From assembly GCF_006345805.1 (NCBI RefSeq), contig NW_021833431.1, positions 11,309 through 75,308 on the forward strand: a stretch of DNA of 64,000 nt, given 5' to 3'. The stretch is from Octopus sinensis. Lineage: Eukaryota. The notes under the pieces are model-generated. The model was not told where the DNA came from. It saw nothing but the letters and a program-made list of their open reading frames with translations, and searched no databases. Made by a program: the position numbers and the translations under genes. This document shows positions 38,815 through 52,052 of this stretch, in pieces (position 1 is the stretch's first letter; each line of letters opens with the position of its first letter).

Positions 38815-38899
38815 CTTACCTATTTATCTATTTACTTACCTATCTATCTATTTACTTACCTATCTATCTAGTTACTTACCTATCTATCTATCTACTTAC

Positions 38900-38935
<36 letters not shown>

Positions 38936-38940
38936 ACCTA
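38600..38940. repeat. (TATC)/(TCTG)/(TACT) tetranucleotide tract
   Basis: Visible directly. Confidence 0.95.
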
Positions 38941-39571
38941 TGTATTATATATATATCAAAGTAATTAATGTTACTAATAAAACTTAGGCTCACAAAATAT
39001 CTTTTACCGCAGCATTTAGGAATCGTACTGTTCAGTTTCCTAGTTGTCTAGAAACTGAAGAAGATACATTCACCTTCAGGAGAAAAGAAATATAACACAC
39101 ATACCCGCACGCAAGTCCACATATATACATACGTGCGGTGTGCGTGCGTTCCAATGTGCATATGTAGAGTGAGGATTTAGTAAGAAGGAAAGAATAAATC
39201 AAATAAATGTGTGTGTGTGCGTTTGTGCCTGGGAGTTCATGTGTGAGTGAGCGTGTGTGTGTGTGTGTGTGTGTCTGTACGAGAGCTTTGTACACAACTA
39301 AAGCGCGGGATTATATACATAAATGTTATGTCAGAAGTGTGTGCGGTGGAGGGGGTGTTGAAATTTTGTGAATTTTCTCTGCAACAATTTCATTTGTAAA
39401 CTGCATGTGTAGGAGCACTGCAGCGGCATTGGTAGGCCTCTTGTAAACCAAAGTGGCAATTCAGTTCCCATTCTAAGCTGAAACCATTTCCCATCGCTTA
39501 TGCAGATTAAGACATTTATGGGATGAATAAGCGTTGTTTTATCCACAATTGTTATTGATATCATTTTATGA

Positions 39572-39960
39572 AGGTGTGTGAACTAGTGGTTACGCTATTG
39601 CAATCACGATCGCCGGTTTGTGATTTCGATTCTTGGACGGGGCAGTGTGTTGTGTTCTTGAGCAAAACATTTCGTTTTATGTTGCTCCTGTTCACTCACC
39701 TGTAAATGAGTAACCCTACAAGCGACTAGCGTCCTGTCCAGTGAGAATATCTCCACCTCGGTCAGTTGGACTGGTCAGTCTGTTGTGTTCTTGAGCAAAA
39801 CACTTCGTTTTATGTTTGCTCCTGTTCACTCACCTGTAAATGAGTAACCCTACAAGCGACTAGCGTCCGGTCCAGTGAGAATGTCTCCACCTCGGTCAGT
39901 TATATGCCATGGAAAACGTGGTAAGCAGTGCAATGAGTTCGACGGCTCGAGACAGGAATA
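39572..39960 (+). mobile_element. tRNA-headed SINE (H-related, V-domain-like motif gcgactagcgtcctgtccag) with a 133-bp internal tandem duplication
   Basis: Units 39635-39767 and 39768-39901 are near-identical. Confidence 0.7.
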
Positions 39961-40064
39961 TCCATATTGATATATAGATATAGAGCTTGTGTGTGGTGTT
40001 TAAAAGTAAATCTTGTTTTAGTATTGCTTTTATTTAATTCCGTTCCATCATTGAGTGGTTAGAT

Positions 40065-40230
40065 CAGGGGTCGCCAAATTATTTCGAACATGGACCCCTT
40101 TTAGCCACTTCTACCGCATTGACCCAATTTAGCTACTCTCCCTTCTGCTTTAAGCCCCTTTATCCACTTCTCCTTCTGCATTGACCCCCTTTTAGCCACT
40201 TCTTCAGCATCGACTCCCCTCACTTAAAAT
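40065..40230 (+). mobile_element. Possible hAT left end with ~35-bp subterminal repeats
   Basis: Starts caggggtcgccaaa, typical of hAT/Charlie TIRs, followed by repeated gacccc.tttagccacttct. No matching right TIR found. Confidence 0.4.
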
Positions 40231-41789
40231 ATCTTGATACTCTACCCTACCGCACCATATCTTAAATACGCATTGGGTGCTGATGCTGGCAATTAAAATG
40301 TTAGCTAAAATATACATGTACGACAAATTAAGAAATTCTGTTGAAAATGACACACATTTTTTACATTTAACACTATGTGTACAAGTATACAGTAGTAGAT
40401 TTCTAGTTTTTATGAAATTATTTTCTAACCGTTAGATCTATATAATGATAGGCATCCAAGCCATGGCCTTACCGTCTTAGGTAAAATTAATTTGAGGAAT
40501 GTTCAATCTAGATCTAGATTATCCCAAATATTTTACCATTTTAAAGAACGTGGAGCAGAATTTGAAGAATACCCGGCTACTATTTCGTGCATCTCAAGTG
40601 ATTTCATAATTCCTCGTTCACCTGGCGTAACGCTACAATAAAGCCCCGCCCCCGCCACCAATTTTAGTTCATGATCCTGTTTCGAATCTCACATGGAGAA
40701 TCTATACGGTTCTTAAATGTCTTTCACGAGGAGACAGCTGTAGGTCGTGCTAGAAAGAGCAACCAATTTTCACTTAAAAAAAAACAACGGTGGTGCATCA
40801 GCATGGCCGCAGCTCTGAGCTGAAACTAGAGAGAAAAAAATATATATATATATATATACGTATATATGCACTCACATGCACAGCCTGAAATACGATAGGG
40901 TGGTCACAGGTGGAAGCTTGTTAATCGTTAATCACATCGATTTGAGATTATCTGGGTTAAACAGCAAAAGCACAGCAGGTATGCTGCCCTCCAATTTACT
41001 CCTACACATCTTTTCCCCCTTCTTCCGCACCTCCTTCCTCTCCTTTCTCCCGTCTTCCCCACCCCAGGGTCGCTTTTACCTTATAGCATGATTATTTTGG
41101 CTTTGTTTTGTGCCGAAACGAAACGAAACATATAATGTGTATAAGTGTGTGCAATGATTTCGATTTAATCTGTCGTATATAAGTGAAGGGAGTTGAAAAT
41201 CCGCTATTTAGTACATATTTTGTAGTGTTATGGGAAAGAGCTGCCTTTTGAGGCGCTTAATAGAACAATCAAAGGAGATAACAGCTATAAACTTCAACTA
41301 ATACAATTGCTAATAAAATGATGATGAAAGTGATAGCGGATTTATTCTTTAAAAGCAAATGCATTTGGATAGATATGTAATAGAAGCCAAATACAGCATG
41401 TGTGGGTGTGAGCATGGCGGTTTTAATACTTATAAAGGCACAAACAGAATTCTGTTTCTTGCAGCTTTCACAAACACATACGTATCGATGTCTATGTGTG
41501 TGTGTGTATGTGTGTGAGTGTTTACGTATGTCTGTTTGTCAGTCAGTCTGTCTGTCTGTCTGTATGCGTGTATGTAGATAAGTGGGTGTGAACGTATGGT
41601 AAGCGTAAGTCAAAATCTTTCTCCTTTCTGACACTCCATGACATTCTCACTATTTCTCTCTGCTTTGCTCCCTCTCGCTTGTTCTTTACTTTTTTTCTAT
41701 ATGCCCACGGGATTTCTGGTTGTTTATAAATTAAAATATGAGTGTGTGCGCTCGCATTTTCGAGTAGGACATCTGATCGAAATATATCA

Positions 41790-41962
41790 GGCGCAGGAGT
41801 GGGTCTGTGGTAAGTAGCTTGCTAACCAACCACATGGTTGTGGGTTCAGTCCCACTACGTGGCACCTTGGGCAAGTGTCTTCTACTATAGCCTTGGGCTG
41901 ACCAAAACCTTGGGAGTGGATTTGGTAGACGGAAACTGAAAGAAACCCATCGTATATATATG

Positions 41963-41993
<31 letters not shown>

Positions 41994-42210
41994 GAGTGTT
42001 TGTGTGTCTGTGTTTGTCCCCCTAGCATTGCTTGACAACCGATGCTGGTGTGTTTATGTCCCCGTTACTTAGCGGTTCGGCAAAAGAGACCGATAGAATA
42101 AGTACTGGGATTACAAAAGAATAAGTCCAAGGGTCGAGTTGCTCGATTAAAGGTGGTGCTCCATCATGGCCGCAGTCAAATCACTGAAACAAGTAAAAGA
42201 GTAGAGAGTA
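41790..42210 (+). mobile_element. SINE B, full length
   Basis: Matches the other family B copies end to end. Confidence 0.9.
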
Positions 42211-42961
42211 TAAAAAAAAAATTAAATGTAATATGCATCGAGAGTACGATTTTCGATTGAGACTCTATGATTAGAACACGGCAGGACAGAATTCCAAGGC
42301 GAATTCTTCAAAGTAAGATGATAGGCAGGAGACTTAGAGGTAAACCAATAATTCGGGGGTTGGGTAATATCAAGTCTTACGCGCTTGGGATTCGAACCGG
42401 AAATTTTTATAACGGTTGCTTATGATAGGACCTGAAAAAAAGGTGTCTGAATATTCAACACCCCTGATCTCCTGAAGGATATTGCGCGAAAGAGATGGAT
42501 GGATGAAATGATAGCAGGACATGCATTAAAGCCACAAAACCCAATATCCACTTACTCTTTGATCTCTGAGCAATAATGCTGTATGATTAAATTTTAACGC
42601 ATAAAATTTTTCCGTCTTCAGGGAACGTCAAAAGATTGGTCCAAATTTCTCGAATAATTTTCAATCATATCCCTCAATATTCGATCATATCCCTCAAAAT
42701 CAATATGAGATTTTGAATCGTTCATGATTTTTTTTCCTAAACCTTGACTGCAAAATGAACCGATATAGTTATCAACAGAATTTGAGGCCACAGGATTCTT
42801 TTGATGCTTTCATTTTTTGGCTTTTTTTTTTATCTAAGCAGCCTTGACCTTTATAAGTCCTTTCCGTCGGTGCTAATAATGATACGGGTCATATCTTTAA
42901 CTGGAACATTTGTAAATTGACCTCTGTCCTCCGCCTCCACCTATCACCGAATAAAATTATT

Positions 42962-43360
42962 GGCGTAAGTATCGCTGTATGGTTAAGAAGTTTGTTCTAC
43001 AAAAAGAGGGTTCTCGTTCTGTCTCTTCGCCTGGCCCCTTGCATGAGTTTCTTCCACTATTGCCCCGGGTTCCCCTAATACTTGGTGAGTGAATTTTGTA
43101 CGCGGAAAATGCGTGAAATCTCGTAGTACACACAAAAACATATTGTGTGTGTGTGTGTGTGGTGTGTAAGTGTTCGTCCCCACCACTGTCTGGCAACCGT
43201 TGTTGCTTTGTTTACGTCCTTGTATTTTAACGATTCATCAAAAGTGGCCGATAGACTGAGTACCAGACTTTAGAAAAATACTCAATGTTTTGTTCGATTA
43301 AATCCTTCAAGGTGGTGCTCCAGCATTGCCACAGTCAAATGACTGAAACAGCTAAAAAAT
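42962..43360 (+). mobile_element. SINE B, old copy
   Basis: Ends ggtggtgctccagcattgccacagtcaaatgactgaaac. Confidence 0.7.
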
Positions 43361-43928
43361 GAAGAGAATTACAGATAATTGGTAAGTTCGACTAAAGAAG
43401 GTTGTGGAATGTAGTTAGAGCGGTGCTTTGGAATCAGAACACCATATAGATAACGATAAGAGCTAGAAAAGCGGAGACTAGTGGGCCAGGTGATTTGCCA
43501 CTGGTTTATGCTAAACCCCCTTTTAATTGATGTTAATCTATAATCAACGTCTAATTAGTAGTGTTAATGCATCTTGACATCACTCGGAATTCTGTGAAAT
43601 TCCTCAGCGAAAAACCAATTTTCCTCTTTGGCTTTCATGTTACTTAGTATGAAAATGAACCAGAATTTAGGTTTCACGTTACAGAATTCCGCGCCAGAGC
43701 AAAATTTGTCAGGAATGCAACGCTTCTGTAACATGGGATGCGCTTGTATTCATATCAGCAGAATGAAGCGGTTAAAGTTGTTGACGTCGTTGTTTTTGCA
43801 GCTGTATATATTTTTGCTGCTGAAGATTACGATGTTGATGTTGTTTGGCTCTGCATCGGATCCGGACGAACAGTAAAGGACTATGAACTACAACAAACTA
43901 TAAAGTATTGTGGTATACTGGAGATTAA

Positions 43929-44159
43929 GGCGGCGACCTGGCAGAAACGTTAGCACGCCGGGCGAAATGCTTAGCGGTATTTCGTCTGCCGCTACGTTCT
44001 GAGTTCAAATTCCGCCGAGGTCGACTTTGCCTTTCATCTTTTCTGGGTCGATTAAATATGTACCAGTTACACACGGGGGTCGATGTAATCGATTTAATCC
44101 GTTTGTCTGTCCCTGTTTGTCCTCTTTGTGTTTAGCCCTTTGTGGGTAGTAAAGAAATA
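43929..44159 (+). mobile_element. SINE A (A1 tail), full length, 16-bp TSD
   Basis: TSD ggtata(c/t)tggagatta at 43912-43927 and 44160-44175. Confidence 0.9.
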
Positions 44160-44420
44160 GGTATATTGGAGATTACATTGTAAGACAGTAAGATATGATT
44201 TGATTTGAATATGATTTTAGCTGCTGTTTCTGAAATATGTTGTTTAACCCCAGGTCAGCTCTGGTTTCATTGACACATGGTCAATCGTGTTCCACGTACG
44301 ATCACCACAACGATCATGCGTAAATTTTTAAATTCGAAACGTTACAGAAATGTGTTTGTGTGTGTGTACGTGCACACACACACGCAAACATCTACCCAGC
44401 CAGTCAATCATTCTCTCTGC

Positions 44421-44780
44421 CCACCACTATTTCTTAGAGGGTTGTATGGGTTATATCCTCAAGAACCTCCTCAATTTGGTGTTCTCAGGAGCAACCGTTA
44501 TTACACTTTTCGGCTGGAATCCTCGGGAGTTACCGAGATTATAGATATTATCCTGCCATTTCGTTCTTTGTCTGACGCTAGGTCCCCTGCCAGTTGTCTT
44601 GGCTTAAGGGACCCATCTTGTATTTATTTCCTTCGACATTCCAATCACGTGTCCGTAGAAGAGGCCCTTTGACCTTTTAATGAAGAGGCTAGATCTGGAG
44701 AGAATTCCTGATCTCGGAGCTATGCGACCTGTTGAGTATCGTTGCATGAGCGATCCCTCGGTGGAACTCCAGTCGGCCCT
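44421..44780 (-). mobile_element. RTE-clade LINE 3' fragment (pseudogenised)
   Basis: Manual translation of the minus strand: FHRGIAHATILNRSHSSEIRNSLQI*P.../LFYGHVIGMS...TGRGPSVRQRTKWQDNI...LRRFLRI*PIQP, resembling the RTE ORF C-terminus (FLRRI...RSSEIRE.L...WFGHV...GRPRTRW.D). Confidence 0.7.
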
Positions 44781-44831
44781 TTTTATTTACATATCATCGA
44801 TTAAATTAATTTTGTAGTTGTTAGCCTAGAC

Positions 44832-45041
44832 CAGTGATTTTCAACCTGGGTTCCACGGAACCTTAGGGTTCCACCAGTACAGTCCAGGGGTTCCACAAAA
44901 TCTGCTAAAATCGGCAGTAATTTTTAATTCTCCTGTGCAGATATATGTGCATAAGACTATTAAATTATTGCACAGGGGTTCCTCGAGCCAGTGGAATGTT
45001 TCCTCGGGGTTCCGCTCCAGCAAAAAGGTTGAAAAGCACTG
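44832..45041. mobile_element. hAT (Charlie/Buster-type) MITE, 210 bp
   Basis: TIRs cagtgattttcaacc / ggttgaaaagcactg. 8-bp TSD gcctagac / gactagac (7 of 8 match, central TA). Confidence 0.85.
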
Positions 45042-45880
45042 GACTAGACAAATGATCAACGTCGACCATCTCGTTCTTTTCGCTTACACGATGTCCATAA
45101 GACTACATTATGTAATGCACCATCCGACTACTTTTAAGACGAATTCTGGTAAAACTGACTGCTATTTCCAAAAGAGCAAATAACCGTCTATAGGTGCCTT
45201 CCTTGGTGCGATTTACTTAATTTTGTTATTTATGATGAAGAAATATTTTGTGGTATTTCGTTGGGTCCCAGGCATGCTGGGTTCTAATCCTTTCCATGTC
45301 GAGTTTGTCTTTTCTCTTTCGTGGTCAGTAATAGCATGCACCAGTTAATTAGAGGTCGATATTGTTCAGCGCTTTCCTTCCTCCAAAATATCTGTCTCTG
45401 CTTGACTGTCTATGGCTAGGTGTTGGCATGACTCTTATTCTCTCCTCCCCCCTCTCATCCTTAATCTCCTTCCCTCTTTCACTCTCAACCTCTGTCCATT
45501 CCTCTCTCCTCCTCTCTCGCTATCTCTATCTCTATCCTTTCAAATTTTGGGTGGCTGTGGATAGCTCGCTATATGCCAGTAAATACGCTTAGCTCCCTTT
45601 CTGTGCCTGTGTGGGCGAGCGAGCGAGCGTGTTCCAGCGTGCATTGGCCATATACGTGTACGCATTGATGTGTGTATATATGTGCCTTACTAACGCTGTG
45701 CCTGTCTGTATGTGCGTGTGTGCAAGTGTGCATGCGTGTGCTCGAGTACTTGTAAGTTTGTCTGTCTGTCTGTTACTCATTATGATTTCAAACTCTACAC
45801 GCGGTGGACAGGTAAACTTCATATTAAAATACAGAGGAAGAAAAGCGCAAATATTTCCGTTTAATGTATTTATTTTATGT

Positions 45881-46263
45881 TTTATCTTTACTTGTATGAT
45901 TCATCAGACTGTGGCCATGCTGGGGCTCCGCCTGGAAGGTCTCTAGTGTAATATATCGAACCCCGTACCTATTTTAAATCCTGGTTCCTATTCTATCGGA
46001 TACTTATGCCGTACCGCAATATCACAGGGATGAAAACAAACCAACAACGGTTAACAATAGGTGGTGGGGACCAAAACACACACACATATATATAATATGT
46101 ATGGCCATCTTCTTTCAGTTTCCAACTACTAAATCCAGCCACAAAGATTTGGTCGGCCCGTGGCTCTAGCAGAAACACGTAGCTAAGATGCCACGCAGTG
46201 AGTGCGAACCCGGAATCTATTAGTTGGGAATCAAATTTCTAACCACACAGCCACACCTGCGTC
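45881..46263 (-). mobile_element. SINE B, old copy
   Basis: gactgtggccatgctgggg...cttctttcagtttcc...ccacacagccacacctgcg. Confidence 0.75.
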
Positions 46264-46487
46264 TATATGTGTTTCTTTTATACAATTGACTATATTTCAT
46301 CCCCTCCTATTGTAATAGTGAAATATAGGAGTATATTACTTGATATGCATACGCTATAGTTTAATACTGATCCTTTATGTATTGATGCAATGTAGATGTG
46401 CATATCTGACTTCGTTAGTATACGTGTGTAACGAAAAGCAATAATGTGCGCGCACGTTAGCATATATATATATATATATACACACTT

Positions 46488-46793
46488 GTGGAGGTACATG
46501 GCCTCGTGTTTAGAGCAGCGGACTCGCGGTTGAGAAATAGCGGGCTCGAATCTGAGACCGGGCGATGTGTGTGTTTATGAGCGAAATACCTAAGCTCCAC
46601 CCGACTCCGGCAGAGGGTAATGGCGAACCTCTGCTGACTCTTTCGCTACAACTTTGTCTCACTCTTTCCTCCTGCATCTTGTAATTCCACCTGCAACGGA
46701 CCGGTGTCCCGTCCAGGTGGGGAATCTATACGCCAAGGAAACCAGGAAACCGTCCCTTATGAGGCAGGCGTAGCTCGAGAAGGAACAAATAAC
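46488..46793 (+). mobile_element. SINE C, full length
   Basis: tRNA-like head (tggcctcgtgtttagagcagcggactcgcgg...gggctcgaatc). Homologous to 15326-15634. Confidence 0.85.
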
Positions 46794-47317
46794 ATATATG
46801 TACTTGTGTGAATGTTATGAAATCTCTCTACTTCTTTGTGACGGTAAGCTCTTGTTATGTTCAGGTGTATGTGTAAGTGAATTTGGCGTTCGTGACAGTC
46901 ACAGTACGTGTTAAAAATAGCTATATAATCTTTCTCAAAGTACATCCTAGCTTCTTTAAAATTGACTGGGACAGTTGTTAATTTAATCTTAGATGCACTA
47001 CGGTCACAAAAAAAAAAAAAAGGAATGTTATTGGTTAATAAATCTCGATTATTCTATTCTTGAATGCCTCAGCTCATAGTTTTATAAGCTGTGAACGACT
47101 TGTGGCTTACTACACAAGCAAAACAACAGCAGCAGTAGCAACGGAGAGACGTACTTCGGCTGGAGGGCAGGCTAGACGAGACAGGATTTTGACATAGATC
47201 GAAAGAGTTCAATAATAATAGTTCAATGAATAACTCGAAGCATTTTGTTCGGCACTTCACTGATTCCGACATCAATCACGCTTGATGCTGATAATGATGA
47301 AGATGATCATGCTATTG

Positions 47318-47784
47318 TTTCTTCTTCTTCTTCTTTCAAGCAGGACTCACGTCATTAGCCATAAAGAATAATCCTGTAATTCGAGCCTACTCTAAGGTAC
47401 TAAAAATGCGTGTGGCAACTTGACGATCCACCCACCACACGCGACAGACTGGCGGTTGTTGCACGGGCGCTATGGCTACGTTGTTATCCTCATTTCGTAA
47501 ACGGTGGCTTTTAACGGGTGGAGAGCTAAATCATCCTGGGGTACAGAGGATTCGTAATCTAGACTAGGGTTTACACCATGGTTCCTCTGCTTTGTGGCAG
47601 AAGTAGGAAGAAAGAGTGAGAGAAAGTTGTGGTGAAAGATTATAGCGGGGTTCAACACCACGCCGGAGCATCGTGGAGCTTAGGTGTTTTTGATTAATAA
47701 ACACAATGCCCGGTCTGGGAATCGAAACCGCGTTCTTACGACCGCGAGTCCGCTGCCCTACCCACTGGGCCATTGCACCTCCAC
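47318..47784 (-). mobile_element. SINE D, full length, 11-bp TSD
   Basis: TSD tcatgct(a/g)ttg at 47307-47317 and 47785-47795. Intact tRNA-like head and (GAA)n tail. Confidence 0.9.
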
Positions 47785-48678
47785 TCATGCTGTTGCAGTT
47801 TCTGATGATGGTGATTCCCACTCAAGGCATAGGAGTAGTATTTTTAAGATTAGGGGGCTGGTCTTTTACATCGGCTCCCTAAATTCAACTTGTGTGTATT
47901 TGATCGATCACGAAAATATGAAAGGCAAAATGTGATAGCGACGATATTTGATCTCTGAATGTAATGAATAGAAAAAAAAAATACTAATTATTTTGTCCGA
48001 TGTGCAAAGGATTCTCCCACCTCGCCACCTTAATGATTTTTTTCTATCTTTGCCACAAGCCCAGCAATTTTTAGGGAGGGAGACAAATGAATTAATCCAA
48101 TTTCTGTACTTGATGGGTACTTTATATTGTCGATGACGAAAATATGTAAGGCAAGTTAAACTCAGCGCGATTTGATCTCAGAATGTAAGAATTAGAAATA
48201 TAAGCAGCAAGACACGCAAAAGCGAGAACCATCCTGCTTGCTCACCGACGTTGCTTCTTATATTGACATAAGGACAGTAATTCTGAGGAGACGAGTTTGT
48301 TGATATCATCGATCTCCCCCACCACTTGACTGGAATTTAATTTTATAATGACGGGAAGAATAAGATATAACTGTAACCTTAGCTTAATTCGAACCCAGAA
48401 TGCAAAGTTTCGTAACCGAAAGTGGCAAAATACATTTTTCAGTTTTATCAATTCTACGAATCCACTTTTATTTGCGTCAAGGACTGCTTATCTGCAAATG
48501 ACAGTCAATATTACCATTGTGAATGGCACTTCGTCTACATTCTGAGTTCGAATTTCGTCAGCTTTACCTGTCATCATTTTGCGGTCGATAATATGAGTAG
48601 CAACTGAGTACTGGGGTGGATCTAATCGAATTATGCCACCCTTCAACTTGTTGGCCTTGTGCCACAAATTTTAGACCA

Positions 48679-48728
<50 letters not shown>

Positions 48729-49222
48729 TTAAGATATTGATAAAGATGTCAATGATTATAATTAGGCATCCTTGGAGGAATAAATATATTTTAGCCAGCT
48801 GTGTATCATATTTTATGTACGTATATCGTAAAAGACAAATTAACTGCGGTATTCTTCTGGGCATAGTAATCCTTATGGACGCACTGTGTTGAAAATCAAA
48901 AAAAAGCCTCTATCAGCAGCTAACGAAGATCGTCCGGCAGCGTGGTGAGCACGCAAGATGCATATTTCTGCATTTGTGAGCTTTTATAGTGGTACGTACT
49001 AAGTGCAAGGCGCATACTAAGAAGAAATCAGTCGCTACTGATATAGGAAGACAGTGACTGAAAATTCAGATGCAATTAGCTGTCCGGTTGAATAAAAATT
49101 CGATATATGCAATAGGTCTTAATCAGTTTTGTATATGACAATGAAATCTGAAACAGAAAATTTGTGAATACAAAACAGCAAAATAGGAATGTAGATTGAC
49201 CAATAAAATTTGAATTAGTGTA

Positions 49223-51295
49223 GCAAAATCTGCATGGATTAACGGAAGCTGCAGGAAGAAGTCAAAGAGCAGCTTAAGAAAATCGTATCAAGTGGTTAAA
49301 GTTCTAACCAAATAATGCGAATCTAAACGTCAAGTTAAGATGGGATCATACTAACAAAATGAAACGGAGAGTCTTTGATTGATTCAGGGAATATTCTGAG
49401 AAAGGTTATATCCACAAAATGGAAATAATTAGGTGTTAAAATAATTGACAAAAATATTCCCGTTAATACATATTTGAGGAGGAGAAAACATTTAAGGGGT
49501 TATAAAAGCAATTATGAAACTATGAATTAATAAATTAGCTAGAAGAGATAAGATAATGGTAAAACTGTAAAGTAGGAAGGTGTATATGTCACCGAGGTTT
49601 AGTTTGATGTTTGTAATAGCATTTTTCGGAATAAGGAATAGTTCAGTGAATGGAGAGAAATAATTGCTGTATCCCTGCCAAAGAAGGGATATAGTGTAAT
49701 ATGTGGAAACATCTGTAGAAGTAGATTATTTATCCGGCCAAATGAGATTCTGCTATGTGTTTTAATATTCTTGGATGAAATCAAAAGTTAAGATGGAGCA
49801 TAGTTGAGCACACTGCTTTCCAAGAAAACAGAAGCACTTTTGAACAATTTTGTAAAATAGATATTCTACTACACGCACACTAGAAAATATTACTTGGAAT
49901 TCTAGTTAAACTTTAAACGCACCTATAAAAACCTTTTGACGATGAGAGGTTCGGTTCATCATGATTTGATGAAGCAAAACAAAATATCAATCTACAAACA
50001 CTAAATGTTATGAAGCAGTTTTAGAAACCTGGTATTTGATTGCAAGTAACAGTTTTAAATTAGCAGCTTTAGTCAAGATTGTGTTGTGTAGCAACCATCT
50101 TTCCTTCCTTGCGATTGAAGAATATATAATGACGGAAAAAGCGGGTCATTGAACGGTCATTTATGTGCGTAGTAGAGAAGGCATTAACATCCATCTAACT
50201 CAAGATGTTAATAGGAGCTGGCAGAATCGTTACCGCTCTGGACAAAATGCTTCGTGGCATTTCTTCCGGTTTTACATTATAAGTTCCAATGCTGCCGAGG
50301 TCAGTTTTGCTTTCATCATTTCGGGATCAATAAATAAAGTAGCAGTTGGGCACCGTGGTCGATGTAATCGACTTCACTATCCCCTGAAATTTGCGCTGGC
50401 CTTGTGCTAAAATTGGAAATAAATTAATTGGATAACTCCAATAATTAAAAACACGTCTTGATAGAATTGCAAAAGGAGAGGGAATAGAAATAAATGATTT
50501 AAAAATGAATAAAATTATGACAACTGGTAAAAAAAAAACAATGAAAGAAGGAAAATATTCAATCGTGCTAAAGTAATAATGAAGATACTTCAACAAGTTG
50601 ATGAATTTTAACATTTTGGAACGGTAAAAAACAGAAGGAAATAAAATAATAATAATAAAAAGAAATAATAATATTAGGAGATATTAGATCGAGGAGAGAA
50701 TTAAAATGTCGAATAGCAGCAGATATGGCGATTTTAGCCAAATTAGACCCTGCTTGATAAACAGGAAAAATAATACAATGATAATGATAATAAAATTTCT
50801 GGTTCTTTTTGGGTTTTTTTTCAAGAGTATTGCTAATTTCAACTGCACTTTATGAGTGCGAATTATGGACATTAGATTCTGAAACGACAGAAAAAGACTA
50901 TAGAGCTTCAAATGAAATGCTTGCTTCAAATTCCATATACAGAACATCAAACTAACGAGTGTTTATAAATAATTTGTTGGGAAAAAATGCAGAGCACGAA
51001 ACTCTTCTGCCAATTGTTAAAAAAAGCTGGAAAATAAATTGGTTTGGTTATATGACATGACACCACAACGCCCCATTTCTATTGAATATGGTCAGGCACG
51101 GACACACTTCTGGTAAAAAAAAAAGAGAGGTGTAGGGGGGCACTACGATGTGCTTGGTTGAACGACATCAAGGAATGGACATTGAGGAAGATGAGGATGC
51201 TGCTAGCAGCAAAACATAATATGGTTGGGTGAAGATAGGGAAACTAGGAGCGTGTGAATAGGTTGCGTCTGTGCTTGTGCACTAACAGTCTCTCC
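49223..51295 (+). mobile_element. Highly decayed RTE-clade LINE (RT region to 3' end), interrupted by SINE A (50214-50425) and an AT-rich insert
   Basis: Collinear peptide relics: AKSAWING...RKSYQVVKVLT (49223), SEWREIIAVSLPKKG...CGN (49642), FQENRSTFEQ (49818), SQDCV (50071), ISTALYECELWTL (50836), QMKCLLQIPYTEHQTNE, HETLLPIVKK...INWFGY, WLNDIKEWT (51155). Confidence 0.75.
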
Positions 51296-51978
51296 ATTGG
51301 CTATGAATTTTGATTGATCGAATGATTATAATAAACACTACAACGATAATAATAACAACAACAACAACATCAGTAATAATAATAATAATAACGAATTATA
51401 GTTTTGCCTCAAAGGCAACACAAATACAAAGTATTTAAATATTTGGCGAGGAAAAATATTTGAAACACTTGTATAAATCAACATCGACTTCAATATTCTA
51501 CTCACTACTGCTACTACTATTACTACTACTACTAGCAGTAGTAGCAGTAGTGGTAGTAGTAACAGCAGCAGCTGTTGCAAAGTCAAAGGTCTACTTCGAA
51601 GTAAACCATAAAAAGTATTTGCACAAAATCTTAAAGGGCAAAGAATAAGAAGCCGAGAGGGTGCAAATTTAAGAGAGAACAAAATCAGACGCCAAGTATG
51701 TTATTAAATTAATTATATCTAAGATAAATTAGAAAAATTTACGCGCACGAAAACACACATACACACACATACACACATACATATGCATACGTACATACAT
51801 ACACACATGTATACAATATATATTATTATTATATCATACAATATATGTATATAAAATGTGTGTATGCTTGTATATCTACACGCTTTAATCTGAATGGCAA
51901 GTGCCTGATCTACACATAAATATATACATGTATGCTTGTATCTCTCTTTTTTTCCTCCCTCTCTCTCTTTTCTCTCTG

Positions 51979-52050
<72 letters not shown>

Positions 52051-52052
<2 letters not shown>

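Noticed and set aside
43648-43730. YENEPEFRFHVTEFRARAKFVRNATLL, faintly like iGluR exon 2 (FR..A...RNRTLL)
   Set aside because: Wrong phase for exon 1 (a phase-1 join gives an immediate stop), in-frame TAA, and motif spacing is off.
44277-44672. 131-aa plus-strand ORF
   Set aside because: Antisense shadow of the RTE fragment.
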